From the IMG/VR virus record IMGVR_UViG_3300024251_000017, positions 1-42,467 of that record: a DNA stretch of 42,467 nucleotides. One strand, given 5' to 3'. Each line of letters starts with the position of its first letter. Position 1 is the first letter of the stretch. This document shows, in pieces, positions 25,803-35,628 of this stretch. The stretch comes from a virus (Duplodnaviria > Caudoviricetes). Below the pieces are notes generated by a model. That model did not search any database. It had not been told where the DNA came from and saw only the letters and a program-made list of their open reading frames with translations. A program made the translations under genes and the position numbers.

Positions 25803-26147
25803 TCAGTTCCTCACCTCGTGACGTTTAGCGGTAGTCTTGAGCCAGCGATAATCAGGCGAATTGATCTTTCGCACGACGGCAGGCCAGTGATCGCGCTTAT
25901 ATGCGTCGATCCCGTCCTCTACCATCCACTTCTCTATGAGGATGTTGGGAATCGTCGCGTAGTGCCACATGCCCGCTTTCATGCCGCCCTTGCTGTACTC
26001 CGGCATGTTGGCAAGCGTCTTGTTGACTTCCAGGATTGACTCGACATCTGCCTCGCGTCCGACATAGGTAATGTCGGTTTGCGGATCGTAGTCGAACCAC
26101 GTTGTCATCCCGGTCAGGGGATCGAAATCAATAATGCGTTTGCTCAT
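25803..26147 (-). CDS. Conserved phage protein downstream of the capsid gene
   Basis: DVE.ILE.NK...HYA.IP....EKW...N.PDY..LKT pattern. Confidence 0.75.
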   Translation of the reverse strand: MSKRIIDFDPLTGMTTWFDYDPQTDITYVGREADVESILEVNKTLANMPEYSKGGMKAGMWHYATIPNILIEKWMVEDGIDAYKRDHWPAVVRKINSPDYRWLKTTAKRHEVRN

Positions 26148-26154
26148 GGAAAAG

Positions 26155-26216
26155 CTCTCCCACGCTCCGCCGCATCCACAAGGAGGAGAGTCGAATAGGG
26201 TTTCTGCGTGGGAGAG
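26155..26216 (-). terminator. Stem-loop after the capsid gene (attenuator/terminator)
   Basis: Perfect 11-bp inverted repeat CTCTCCCACGC/GCGTGGGAGAG, followed by CTTTT on the minus strand. Confidence 0.55.
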
Positions 26217-26226
26217 GGCCTCACGG

Positions 26227-27198
26227 CTAACTCGTCGTCAAATCAGCGACCTTGCCGCTTGCCGCCTGATTGCGCGAGACAAGCGTGTACTCGGCCAGCA
26301 TCTGACGCTGATCCGAATCGCCAACCTTCGCCAGCGGGAACTGCTGGAACGGCCGCAGATACGCAACGTCCCAATAGTCCATGTCGAGGACACAAACCGT
26401 GCGGTCGCGATTAAAGCGATTCGGGACGACCTGGTGGTCGCCGTAGTCGCTCACATACGCATCCGCCGCCGCGATGATCGTGGCCTGGCCTCCCGCCTTC
26501 TGGAAGATATTGTTGGTCAGGATGCCCGAGAAGCCGCTGATCTTGGTCTTGTTGAACGGGCCTGCCATGATCGTTCGCGGATTTCCCCCGGCCGTCCAGC
26601 ACGCGCGGATGATCGCCTTGACGCCGGCTTCGGTGATGGTACCCTGAAGCGAATTGTCGGTAGGCGCTTGCACGATGCCGGAAAGAAAGCCGGTCGATGT
26701 GGGCGTGCCACCAGAACCGAGGCTCGTCCAGTTAGACGAGAGCCACGATTCGAGGGAACCAGACTGCCGAGCCGTTGCAGCGCCCCCAGCAGTGGACGCC
26801 TTGTTCTGCGTCATCTGCGCTTCCATGTCGCGCTTCAGGCGCTTGCCGTAGAGCACCAGCTGGTAGGCCATCTCGTCCTTGCGGCCTGCCGTGGTGATCG
26901 CCGACTGCGTGCCGGAAATCTGGAACGCATAGGTAGCGATCTGCGCGTAATTACCCAGGCGCACTGTCGGCACGACGCTGGTATTACCCGGCGTATCGCC
27001 TTCGATTGCGGCATTGGTCGCGATCGCCGACTGGATGGTGTCGGTCTGCCATTCGTGGAACACCGCTTTTGCCGTCTTGCGTCCGATACCGGACATGAAC
27101 GGCGTATCAACCGGCGCGATGTTATAGATGAAGTCTTCCAGATCCTCCCGATTGCCGATCGACTGGAAGGTCTGGAACGTTGCGGTAGGTACAGTCAT
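26227..27198 (-). CDS. Major capsid protein (DUF5309/SU10-type)
   Basis: GNREDL.D.IYNI.P.DTPF, HEWQTD, N.A.EG, N..QI, LKRDME, Y.SD.G...V.PNRF, EYTL..RN..A.G. Confidence 0.95.
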   Translation of the reverse strand: MTVPTATFQTFQSIGNREDLEDFIYNIAPVDTPFMSGIGRKTAKAVFHEWQTDTIQSAIATNAAIEGDTPGNTSVVPTVRLGNYAQIATYAFQISGTQSAITTAGRKDEMAYQLVLYGKRLKRDMEAQMTQNKASTAGGAATARQSGSLESWLSSNWTSLGSGGTPTSTGFLSGIVQAPTDNSLQGTITEAGVKAIIRACWTAGGNPRTIMAGPFNKTKISGFSGILTNNIFQKAGGQATIIAAADAYVSDYGDHQVVPNRFNRDRTVCVLDMDYWDVAYLRPFQQFPLAKVGDSDQRQMLAEYTLVSRNQAASGKVADLTTS

Positions 27199-27223
27199 TG
27201 CTGCATGCCCCTGTCAAGGGCGC

Positions 27224-28246
27224 TCAGTCGAAGAAGTGTCGCGCTACTGCGCGGGCGTCCTCATCACTGTGCGAGCGCCTTAGTTTCGCCATCGCCTTGG
27301 CTTTCGCCTCGACGTTCGGGTCCGACTTCTCAGCAGCTGTTCCGGGCTTGACGACCTTGGGAACGAGAGTCACCCGCTTTTCGACGCTGGGCTTTGCAGC
27401 TTGCAGGTCACGCCACTGTCTCGCATCGTTCATCACCTTGATGAGACGGTGATCGACAATGGCATTCACTTCATTGCTGGAGAATCCATAGGACTCTCCA
27501 GTCTTCAGAATCTTACTGTACAGATCATCATTCCAGCCCGCAATGCCTTTTTCCGGATCGCGCAGCGTCTCGACGGATTCAGCGGCCTGCTTCGCCATCA
27601 GCGCTTTTGTTTCCTGTTCTCGCTGCTGTGCAAGCGTCGCGTGCTCTTGTTGTGCCGCTTGGAAGAACGCCGAGAGTTGTTGCTGCTTGGCCTGCAACGC
27701 AGCCCAGCGTGCCGGGTCGGTCTGGGCGAGCTCGACGAGGTTGACCCCGTTTAGTTCAGGCGCAACTATCTTGGCGACGGCACTAGTGAAGATTTCAAGC
27801 TTCTTGCCATATTCGGTCGTATGCTTTGCGATCTCAGCCTTTAATGTCTCCGGCATGGAATCGCGAATCTTGGCCGCTTCCTGCATGCGGGCGTATGACG
27901 CCTGCGCCAGTTGGTAGCCCTTGCGAAGTTCCGCTATGGGCACCTTTTTCGGCTGGCCATCAACGGTGATCTCCATCTCGATCGCGTCCAACTGATCGAG
28001 CGGGATTTCGGCAACCGCTTTCTGGGCGGGAACCTCTTGCGAAGGCGCTGGCTCCTCGGTGGCAGGCTCCGTTGCCGGCTCCTCGGTTGCGGGTTCTTCG
28101 ACGGGCGCCGGTTCTGGTGTCTTTGCCGGCTCCGTCTCCGGTTCGCCAGACTCGAACTTCAGCGTGTCGTCCATGATGCGCAGCGCCGCCTGGTGCGCGA
28201 GCATGTCTTCGGTCACGCCCGGAGGCGCTTGTGTCTCTTCGGCCAT
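27224..28246 (-). CDS. Capsid scaffolding protein
   Basis: Acidic Pro-rich N-terminus, VDG...V...EL.KGY, helical Q/A-rich core; directly upstream of the capsid gene. Confidence 0.85.
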   Translation of the reverse strand: MAEETQAPPGVTEDMLAHQAALRIMDDTLKFESGEPETEPAKTPEPAPVEEPATEEPATEPATEEPAPSQEVPAQKAVAEIPLDQLDAIEMEITVDGQPKKVPIAELRKGYQLAQASYARMQEAAKIRDSMPETLKAEIAKHTTEYGKKLEIFTSAVAKIVAPELNGVNLVELAQTDPARWAALQAKQQQLSAFFQAAQQEHATLAQQREQETKALMAKQAAESVETLRDPEKGIAGWNDDLYSKILKTGESYGFSSNEVNAIVDHRLIKVMNDARQWRDLQAAKPSVEKRVTLVPKVVKPGTAAEKSDPNVEAKAKAMAKLRRSHSDEDARAVARHFFD

Positions 28247-28425
28247 TATTTCTTCCTCATTTTCCCGAGCGTCACCGCGAGGCGAGCGCGCTGGCCCAAC
28301 TTGCCGCCGGCTTTGGCGGCTTTAGCGAGTTTCGCCGCAGGAATTTTCTGTCCCTGCGGGACATGCAGTTCTGAATGCAGCGCCCCCGGATGCTTGATTG
28401 CGCCGGCTATGAAGTTTTTCGCCAC
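28246..28425 (-). CDS. Small Lys/Ala-rich basic phage protein (59 aa)
   Basis: GTG start with an AGGGG RBS; MAKNFIAGAIKHPGALHSELHVPQGQKIPAAKLAKAAKAGGKLGQRARLAVTLGKMRKK; TAATG-coupled to the scaffold; below the ORF-track cutoff. Confidence 0.8.
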   Translation of the reverse strand: MAKNFIAGAIKHPGALHSELHVPQGQKIPAAKLAKAAKAGGKLGQRARLAVTLGKMRKK

Positions 28426-28715
28426 GGCAAATCCCCTATGAAATGCGCAACGGTATCGACGACACCTGAGGGCCTCGCCTTTTCCATTTCAGCGAGGACT
28501 CCAGTTTCCATCGTCGATTGCAGGCAACCGAGCAAGTCATGCAGCAGCGCATAGCGTGCGCAGAGCTTTTCCCGGAGCTTTTCGTCAGCGAACGCAGAGC
28601 GTCGGATTCCAGCGAGCAGCGCATCCTCGACCTTTTCGACCGCTTCCCGGAAGACCTCATCGTTAATGATCTGGCGCGCGCGTTCGGCATTTCTGATCTC
28701 CTTTTCAGGCGTCAT
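28407..28715 (-). CDS. Conserved small protein between portal and scaffold
   Basis: AERARQII.DEVF.EA...RE pattern. Confidence 0.75.
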   Translation of the reverse strand: MTPEKEIRNAERARQIINDEVFREAVEKVEDALLAGIRRSAFADEKLREKLCARYALLHDLLGCLQSTMETGVLAEMEKARPSGVVDTVAHFIGDLPWRKTS

Positions 28716-29128
28716 ATCAGAGCTATAACTTCCATGTCGTCCTGCTCGATGACCGCCTCATCCATTGATTCTATGAATCTGTCCAGTGCCGCAATCTCGT
28801 TTTCGAGTTTTTCCAAGCCGCTTTCTATCTGAACGCGCTTGAACTCGATTTCAGGGAGCTTCGAGAGCGCGCCTTCCCGATAACGCGGGTCCGCTACTTT
28901 CTTCTCAACCGCCTTCTGCGCCCTGGCAAGATCGGCTAATTTCGCTTCCTCGCGTTTTCTCTTGCGCTCAAGCAAGAGCCTGTTTCGGTCGGCGTTGAGC
29001 TTGTCTTTCCATGTAAGCTCACCACCAGCCCCTATAATGATGGTCTGTACCGGCGTCGGCGGGACGGGAGCAGCACCGATACTCGCGCCGGTGATGACCC
29101 CGAATGCGATGATATGGGCTAGGTTCAT
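28712..29128 (-). CDS. Hypothetical coiled-coil protein
   Basis: ATGA overlaps on both sides; ends DDMEVIALI. Confidence 0.7.
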   Translation of the reverse strand: MNLAHIIAFGVITGASIGAAPVPPTPVQTIIIGAGGELTWKDKLNADRNRLLLERKRKREEAKLADLARAQKAVEKKVADPRYREGALSKLPEIEFKRVQIESGLEKLENEIAALDRFIESMDEAVIEQDDMEVIALI

Positions 29129-29892
29129 GCGCCCTTGTACCCGGAAGCCGAGACGCTAATTCGGGCGACGGCTACTGACGCCTGACATGAAACTGTTGCA
29201 TTTGCGCTGAACCGCAGCGGCGTCGGGAGTGCGAACGCAGCTCCGGCAGTTACAGGTGCTGGAATAATATAGACCGTGGTTGCGCCATCCAGGAGAGAAA
29301 CTTCCGAGAAGGTGGATGAGCTGTTGCTGATCATGACCTCGGTGAGATAACTCCGAACCCCAGCCCCGGCCGGCGCAAAAAGCACAGCGCTTGCCGCAGT
29401 AACGCCGGCGACGGCGGTCATCTGGAAGTTTTCCGGATTCGCATAGGGGAGCACGATCTGTTTGCCGACCGCGTCCACGTTGATATAGGAGCGAGTGGAG
29501 TGCGCGACTGCTACCGGCTCACTGGTGACGGCTCGGGCCGCGGAGAGAAGCGGGTTCGTCGTTACCGTGACGCCTGTGGCCTGATCTCCCACGGCGGAAA
29601 CGTTCCCCTGGACCGTGACGCCCCAAACACCGGACTGCGCGACACTGGGAGTGCCGTTGACCGAAACCGACCAAGCCCCGGACTGAGCAACTGACGGCGT
29701 GCCGTTCACGGAGACTGCCCAGGAACCGTCTTGCGCTACAGGAAGACCGGCGCCTGCCGCAACGCGATTTACAGTTCCAGAGGCTCCCCAGGCTAGCTTG
29801 CTGTACGGGATGATGCCGCCTGCTGCATCGGTATCGGCAACGAAAGTCGCCCCACCTGATCCAGCATTCGTATTGAGTAAGGTATCAGCCAC
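29125..29892 (-). CDS. Putative head fibre/decoration protein
   Basis: Ala/Val/Ser/Thr-rich; three tandem 16-aa repeats; C-terminal beta-sandwich-like domain. Confidence 0.65.
   Translation of the reverse strand: MADTLLNTNAGSGGATFVADTDAAGGIIPYSKLAWGASGTVNRVAAGAGLPVAQDGSWAVSVNGTPSVAQSGAWSVSVNGTPSVAQSGVWGVTVQGNVSAVGDQATGVTVTTNPLLSAARAVTSEPVAVAHSTRSYINVDAVGKQIVLPYANPENFQMTAVAGVTAASAVLFAPAGAGVRSYLTEVMISNSSSTFSEVSLLDGATTVYIIPAPVTAGAAFALPTPLRFSANATVSCQASVAVARISVSASGYKGA
29612..29739 (-). repeat. Three 48-nt-period coding repeats (VAQSG.W.VSVNGTPS)
   Basis: VAQDGSWAVSVNGTPS-VAQSGAWSVSVNGTPS-VAQSGVWGVTVQG. Confidence 0.8.
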
Positions 29893-31030
29893 CGATGAAC
29901 CTCCCGCCGGAACCGGCAGCGCTTAACCCGTCATCCCAACTGCTGATCCCCGGAATGATGAGGGGGTAACGCGTATTGGTTCCCGTGAATGTCGGAGTCG
30001 TGTCCGCCGTCACGTACTGCACATCCGTTCCGAACGGCAGGCACTGACGGTGCGCTGCGTTCGCGAGCGTCATGTCGTAGAAAGTCAGATTGTTCGCGGT
30101 GGTTGGCTTCACCATCAGCCGATAGGTCGTGCCCGCCGTGAGCGTGTAGGACTGCGAGAGGACTTCTGGCATCCAGCGCACCGTAGCCGAAGCAGAAATG
30201 GTATTCAGATCAACCGTGGTGCCCCCGGCAATCCCAGCTACTTTCTCGGTCAACGTCGTGCCCGTGTAGAAGTTAATATCCGCTTCCGAGTTAGCCGCCA
30301 TCTGAAGAAGCGGCGTGAATACGTCGATCCCCATCGCTACGCTGGGCGTAATCTCCATGCCAACCTGCTTGGCGGCAGAACCAGTATTGATGACCGTGGT
30401 CGTCAAGCTCGATGCGGGTATCGCGCCGCGCAGCGTGCCATAGGTGCCATCCGAGAATCCAAGCACGATAACGGCGATGCGGCTTGCATCCAGCGTCCAC
30501 GACGCAGTTAGGACAGAAGTGCCAGCGCCTTGCAGAAACGGCGAGACGTTGAGCGGTACTGTGACGCCTGAAAACTGAATGGAGTCAGCGCCGCCAAAGG
30601 TCGCATACTCAGCGACTACCGCAACCAGTTGGCCGTGGGCAATACTGCTCGAATCCTCCGTGAAGTTGCCCGTAGTCCACCAAGTCGATACCGCCGGAAT
30701 GCTGGCATTGGCTTCGGTTTCCTTGCAGTTGTTCGTCGCCCCGCTTACCGTACCGTCAGGCTGATACGGAGGTCCTCCCGCCGCGTTCACGCCCTGGATC
30801 GAAAACTGCACAGTGCTGCCGCCGGCCTTGGTAATCGTAGCGCCGGTTCGCACCTCTACAAACCTGATCTGCTTCGCAGCGCGATCCTTGTTGCACATGC
30901 GCCCGACCCAGGCCGTCTTGTGGCCTGCCGCAGTCATTGCAGCAGTGTTGCCAAAAGCCGGCGCTCCGTTCGATGCGATCGGGAAGAGGACCTCCGGTGA
31001 CTGCGCGCCGGTGACGAGGACTTGTGCCAT
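29885..31030 (-). CDS. Putative virion surface protein (beta-rich)
   Basis: 381 aa, Thr/Ala-rich; start at MAQVLVTG via a TGATG overlap. Confidence 0.7.
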   Translation of the reverse strand: MAQVLVTGAQSPEVLFPIASNGAPAFGNTAAMTAAGHKTAWVGRMCNKDRAAKQIRFVEVRTGATITKAGGSTVQFSIQGVNAAGGPPYQPDGTVSGATNNCKETEANASIPAVSTWWTTGNFTEDSSSIAHGQLVAVVAEYATFGGADSIQFSGVTVPLNVSPFLQGAGTSVLTASWTLDASRIAVIVLGFSDGTYGTLRGAIPASSLTTTVINTGSAAKQVGMEITPSVAMGIDVFTPLLQMAANSEADINFYTGTTLTEKVAGIAGGTTVDLNTISASATVRWMPEVLSQSYTLTAGTTYRLMVKPTTANNLTFYDMTLANAAHRQCLPFGTDVQYVTADTTPTFTGTNTRYPLIIPGISSWDDGLSAAGSGGRFIGG

Positions 31031-31299
31031 CAGGAAATCGCCGTCGCCGTGTTGATAGTAAAAGTCTTGCCGATGACGAGCGCGGGATTCGAGAATGCCG
31101 GATCGTTCTGCTGCCAGAGCTTCATTGCGCCGCCCAACATCGGCGGCAGCAAATCCATTGGCTGATTGACAAAAGTCACGAAATCGGCCGGCGCATTCCA
31201 TTCGATTGAGAATGCGTTGCCGGTGAACGTGCCGAGAATCGCGACGCTCCCGTTCGCTCTGCGCTGGGCATCGGTAATCGTAAGTGTAATGATCGCCAT
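31030..31299 (-). CDS. Hypothetical protein
   Basis: 89 aa directly after the portal stop. Confidence 0.65.
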   Translation of the reverse strand: MAIITLTITDAQRRANGSVAILGTFTGNAFSIEWNAPADFVTFVNQPMDLLPPMLGGAMKLWQQNDPAFSNPALVIGKTFTINTATAIS

Positions 31300-33579
31300 C
31301 TAGGTAAGCACAGGCCGAACGCCTGTCGCCCTCTTGGTTTTCGGATCGCGGATAATTTCCTTCGGAGCCGCAGCAATCTTGTGCATCTCGGTGATGCGTT
31401 TTTCCTGCTCCGCAAGCTTGGTGATCACCATGTCGTGAGTCGCGCGCTGGTTCTCCAGCGCCTTGTCTATCAGGCCCTGCATCAGCAGTTGCGTCTGTTG
31501 CATGGACTGCTCTTGCGACCTCGCGCGCATTTCCGCCGCCAGTTCGGTCAATTTGTCCTGCGATTTTTGCTCGCGGTCGCTTAGATGCATCGCCGCGTCC
31601 ATCTGGTGTTGTCTTTCCTGCAATGCGGCGTCAATTTGAGCCGCCATCGCCGATTGCTGCGCCTGGAATTGGCGATCTCTCTCTTCAAGTTGCGCCTGAA
31701 CAGAGAGCTGCAATTTTCTGAACTCGTCCGCCATTTGCGCTTTTTGCACGCCGGCCTGAATCTTGATCATTTCAGGATTGGGCTGCGGTTGCGGCGGCGG
31801 CAACGATGCCGGGTCGGTGAACATCTGGTCCGCATCCTTCGGGAACACCGACTTTGCCAGTTTGTGAGCTGCAGCATAAGCATTGCCTTCGCTCACGATG
31901 CGCCCCATTCCTTCTTTAACCAAGCCAACTTGCGTATTCAATATCTGCTGCGCGCCCTGGAGGACTGCGCCCTGGCTTCCGGTGCCTATTCCGACGGTCA
32001 CGGTCATCTCGAACTTGTCCGCCCACTCGCGCGGGTTGACTTCCACCCACTTGCCGCGGAGTTTCACGATTTCTGCCTGGTTCTGGTGCTTTGAAACAAG
32101 CTCAAGGATCTTGAGGAAGAGTGGCTTTACGGCAAGCTCACCCAGAATCCGCGCCATCAGGTGAACTCGCTCCTGGGAAGCGTTATGGATCAGCTCCGCG
32201 ACATGCGCCTTCTGGTTGATCGCATCCGGGTTCACCCCTTGAGGAAAATCCGTGATTCCGACCCTGTTCTGCTTTACCTTGTCGAGATATTCGAGCAGTT
32301 GATAAGCAGGCGCCCCCAGGACGGGCGTATCGAGGCGCTTTACCGCTCCGAGCGCCTTGACTCTGACGATCCCGCCGGGGCGGGAATTCATCAGGTCTTC
32401 CATGTTGACCATCTGGTCTAGCGCTTCCCAGCGGCCGTTATTCGCGTTGTAGGTGTTGTCGAAGATATTTCTGAGAAGCATCGACTTCTGGAGCTGCACT
32501 TCTCCGATCAGGTCGTAGATCGAGAGTCCGTAGTGCTTGTGCGGCATCAGAATCGCCGTTCCTGAAATCACCGGCAGCGAGTCGAATTCCTCGTTATCGA
32601 GAACCTTTCTTCCGACTTTGATGATGCGGCGAAACTCAGCGATCCCATCCCCGTCATAGTCAACATGCAGATAGCATTCCGCGAGCCAGACCCGGCGGGT
32701 GGAGGGATCGGCATTGCCAGGGTCGGGGCTATACGCATAGGCATCGTCGAACTTGTCTCTTTCCATGCGCTCCATGTTGAAATCCGCATTGGGAGCGTAG
32801 TCCGCAATCTCGTCTGGAACGTCGAATCCCATTTCGCGGATTTCGGACAGAGACTTTCTTGTCCTGTGTTCGACAAAACGAGACTTCGAGAGGTCGTTTC
32901 TGGTATCCCTGGAGATCAGAATCTCCTCCGGAGGGCACGGCTCTACGCAGACTTTTCCGTGTTTCCTGTTTCTGCGGAAAACGGCGTCGTGATACTTTAT
33001 CGGGACACTTTGCGGCGGCATTCCGGGATTTCCGGGAAGCGATACCGTCTGCATGTTCTCCGTATGCTCGATCAACTCGACTTCTGGGTCCGCCGCGATC
33101 TGCAAAAACTCCGCGTCTGTCAGATTTTCATACGTTTCGCGCTGGGATTCCTCGTATTCATCCCACCATGCCTTCACAAAGCCGTTTTTCTGGAGCAGCG
33201 CGTCCTTGAAAAGCGCATAGAGCACCAGAAATCCGGGATTTCGCTCCCAGAAGACGTAATTCAGGTAATCGGTTGCCTGTTGCGCCGCCTGCTCGTCCTG
33301 CGGCTTCTTCGCTTCGCAGCGAACGATCTCGTCGGACGCCGAGAATATATCCATCAGCATCGGTAGGATGCCCTCAACGGCGTCTTTTACCTCAGTGGTG
33401 ATGACCTGGGAGCGTCCTTCGACCTCGTTGCCGTAGGGTTCTCCGTAGTAATACTGCATGGCTGCGCGCCGGGACTCGGCGAGTTTTCCCGTTATGGAAG
33501 ACAGGCAATTTGCCTCCTCCTGCTCGATCAGCGCGAGCAATTCGGCGTCCGTCATCGTCCTTTTGCCGCCGTCAGGCAT
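31300..33579 (-). CDS. Portal protein (SU10/P22-like, long C-terminal barrel)
   Basis: YYYGEP.GNEVEGRSQV, KDALLQKNG, DYDGDGIAE, RPGGIVR; Q-rich helical tail. Confidence 0.95.
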   Translation of the reverse strand: MPDGGKRTMTDAELLALIEQEEANCLSSITGKLAESRRAAMQYYYGEPYGNEVEGRSQVITTEVKDAVEGILPMLMDIFSASDEIVRCEAKKPQDEQAAQQATDYLNYVFWERNPGFLVLYALFKDALLQKNGFVKAWWDEYEESQRETYENLTDAEFLQIAADPEVELIEHTENMQTVSLPGNPGMPPQSVPIKYHDAVFRRNRKHGKVCVEPCPPEEILISRDTRNDLSKSRFVEHRTRKSLSEIREMGFDVPDEIADYAPNADFNMERMERDKFDDAYAYSPDPGNADPSTRRVWLAECYLHVDYDGDGIAEFRRIIKVGRKVLDNEEFDSLPVISGTAILMPHKHYGLSIYDLIGEVQLQKSMLLRNIFDNTYNANNGRWEALDQMVNMEDLMNSRPGGIVRVKALGAVKRLDTPVLGAPAYQLLEYLDKVKQNRVGITDFPQGVNPDAINQKAHVAELIHNASQERVHLMARILGELAVKPLFLKILELVSKHQNQAEIVKLRGKWVEVNPREWADKFEMTVTVGIGTGSQGAVLQGAQQILNTQVGLVKEGMGRIVSEGNAYAAAHKLAKSVFPKDADQMFTDPASLPPPQPQPNPEMIKIQAGVQKAQMADEFRKLQLSVQAQLEERDRQFQAQQSAMAAQIDAALQERQHQMDAAMHLSDREQKSQDKLTELAAEMRARSQEQSMQQTQLLMQGLIDKALENQRATHDMVITKLAEQEKRITEMHKIAAAPKEIIRDPKTKRATGVRPVLT

Positions 33580-33781
33580 ACGATTCCCAATCTCGCATGG
33601 CCGCGTGCATCTCCTGCATTGCCTGCGGCGAGTCGTCGCCCGTCACAACGCGAAGGCACGCAGCGCTCAACTTCGCTTCGAGGGCTACGGCGTCGGGCTT
33701 CAGAACCTGCGCCCAATAGCCGTTTCTGCGTTCGACGACGCAGTGCCGGCTGTCCGGTTCTGGCTTACTGGCGGCGCGCAT
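33572..33781 (-). CDS. Hypothetical protein
   Basis: AAGGA RBS; overlaps the portal start. Confidence 0.5.
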   Translation of the reverse strand: MRAASKPEPDSRHCVVERRNGYWAQVLKPDAVALEAKLSAACLRVVTGDDSPQAMQEMHAAMRDWESYA

Positions 33782-33911
33782 TATTATCCTTCGCCGGCAG
33801 CGAGAGCGGTTTCGCAACTGGAATTTCCAGCTGCGCCACGCGCTTTTCCAGTTCCTCGAGCTTTTCCTTCAGTTCCTGCATCTGGGCATACTCGCCCCGG
33901 CTCATCGTCAT
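33765..33911 (-). CDS. Small coiled-coil protein
   Basis: ATGA overlap with the TerL stop; LKEKLEELEKRVAQLE. Confidence 0.55.
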   Translation of the reverse strand: MTMSRGEYAQMQELKEKLEELEKRVAQLEIPVAKPLSLPAKDNNARRQ

Positions 33912-35320
33912 ACGATCCCCGATTTCCTTGGATAGGCAAGAGGCTTGCTCCACTCTTCCGAGTTATTCATCGTCGTAGAGTAAAGCGCAGCGTACTGCAA
34001 TGCGTCGTGCAGATGCGAGTAATCATTCTTGTCCGGCACGTCCTTGTACCGATCTTCGCCCACGACCTGAAGCCGGCGATACTGATAGCGCCCGTTGAAG
34101 CCGCGGCGGATCATCTCGCACTTCGGATCGACGATAAGGCACGGTTTCCCGTCAGTCAGGCGCGTCAAGTACTTTGCCACCGCTTCGCGTCTTGCCATGA
34201 ATTTGTTCGAAGCCGCCGGCACGCAGGCAATGCCTTCCTCGGCCAGTTCCTGAAAGCAGGTTTTCTCCTCCGTGTCCTTGCCCGCCATTCCTGCGGGATC
34301 CCCAACTGCCTGAAATCTCTTTCCGGGATAGTTCAGACTCAGGAACGGGCGCACCACGTCTCTTGCGAACTGGCGGATGCCCATGTCCTTTGCGAACAAT
34401 TCGTCCAGCACGAGCAACTGGCCTCTAGGCGACACCTGGCAGACGACGCACGCGGGCGTCAGTCCGTAGTCGAACCCGAGCAGCAGCGGCAGCGTTGCAA
34501 TCACGCTCGCTGCGCGGCAGTGAATCTCATCGGAATACTCGGGATAGACCGGCCTTCCGTCTGCAATCGTGCCGTACTGGCCTAGAATGAAAACCTTGAT
34601 CCATTCCCTGGTCTTGCCCGCCGCCTGCCGGAAATAATACTGATACCCGCCCGGCAAATTGTCGATATTCTCGGCGCCTGGATTTTCAACCAAGGCGCCC
34701 TTCTCCCATTTCAGCGCCCCAGGCTGGGAAAAGAAGTCCCACGCCGGCGGTTTTTCCTTCTCCGCAATCGAGTACCACCAGTGATCGTCATCCGGCGGGT
34801 TGGTATCCATGATGACACCCGTCCAGCTCGGACCTCCCTTTCTCTTGGGCGGATAGCGTCCGACCCGCTGAGTCAGCATGTCGAATACCGCCTTGGGCGT
34901 CTCGCCGGCTTCGTTGATCCAGCCGCCGGTCAGCTCCAGGGACTTCAATTTCCCGATCTCCTGCGGCCTGTCAACCGGGAAGAACAGGGTTTCCATGTCA
35001 ACCGTGGTCCCGTCCGGCAACGGCGCCTTTACCCAGCAGGTAATGGGCGCGTCCCATGTCATCTTCCCGAACGGAAACCACTCGCACCACGTCTTGATCG
35101 TGGTGGAAATCAACTCCGGATAGGTATTGCGGATTACCGCCCAGCGCGAGGAGCGAACCCCGTTGTAGGGCTCCTGCCTGCAAGCGCGGTCGAATACCTC
35201 GACGCAGCAAGCTGAAGACTTGCTCGATCCTACCGGCCCTCGCAGCCCCCGGACAAAAGCGTCCGAGAGGTGAAAGCGCTCTATCGTCGGTCCGGCAGGC
35301 TTATATTCGAGAACTTCCAA
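33908..35320 (-). CDS. terL: Terminase large subunit
   Basis: Walker A GPVGSSKS, Walker B GGWINE, DTNPP coupling motif, nuclease GFDYGLTPA...SHLHDALQY. Confidence 0.95.
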   Translation of the reverse strand: MEVLEYKPAGPTIERFHLSDAFVRGLRGPVGSSKSSACCVEVFDRACRQEPYNGVRSSRWAVIRNTYPELISTTIKTWCEWFPFGKMTWDAPITCWVKAPLPDGTTVDMETLFFPVDRPQEIGKLKSLELTGGWINEAGETPKAVFDMLTQRVGRYPPKRKGGPSWTGVIMDTNPPDDDHWWYSIAEKEKPPAWDFFSQPGALKWEKGALVENPGAENIDNLPGGYQYYFRQAAGKTREWIKVFILGQYGTIADGRPVYPEYSDEIHCRAASVIATLPLLLGFDYGLTPACVVCQVSPRGQLLVLDELFAKDMGIRQFARDVVRPFLSLNYPGKRFQAVGDPAGMAGKDTEEKTCFQELAEEGIACVPAASNKFMARREAVAKYLTRLTDGKPCLIVDPKCEMIRRGFNGRYQYRRLQVVGEDRYKDVPDKNDYSHLHDALQYAALYSTTMNNSEEWSKPLAYPRKSGIV

Positions 35321-35400
35321 TCACGGGTTCCATCTCCTTTAGTTCATCTATGGTTATTTTTGTATATGAAGCAAGGTCGTCACGCCAGAATCTTCCCGTC

Positions 35401-35628
35401 TCACTTCCCCTCCACCGCCGCATTCTCCGCGCTCGCATCAGGCACAGGCAAAATGTCCGCGATCGCCGCAGCCAATTCCGCAGAAATAGGCTCCGGGGCG
35501 CTCGCGCTCACGCTCGCAAACTGCACCCCAGCCTCAAACCCTGCCTGCCAGTCCCGCCCCGCCGCGTCCTTCTCCCGCTCCGGACGCTTCTTCGCCTGCG
35601 TAGCCCAATAATCCGCAAACTCATTCAT
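35401..35628 (-). CDS. Hypothetical protein
   Basis: GGAGG RBS; ATGA overlap with the cupin gene. Confidence 0.6.
   Translation of the reverse strand: MNEFADYWATQAKKRPEREKDAAGRDWQAGFEAGVQFASVSASAPEPISAELAAAIADILPVPDASAENAAVEGK

Noticed and set aside
26134-27351. 405-aa plus-strand ORF
   Set aside because: Antisense shadow of the major capsid gene; Arg-rich with no motifs
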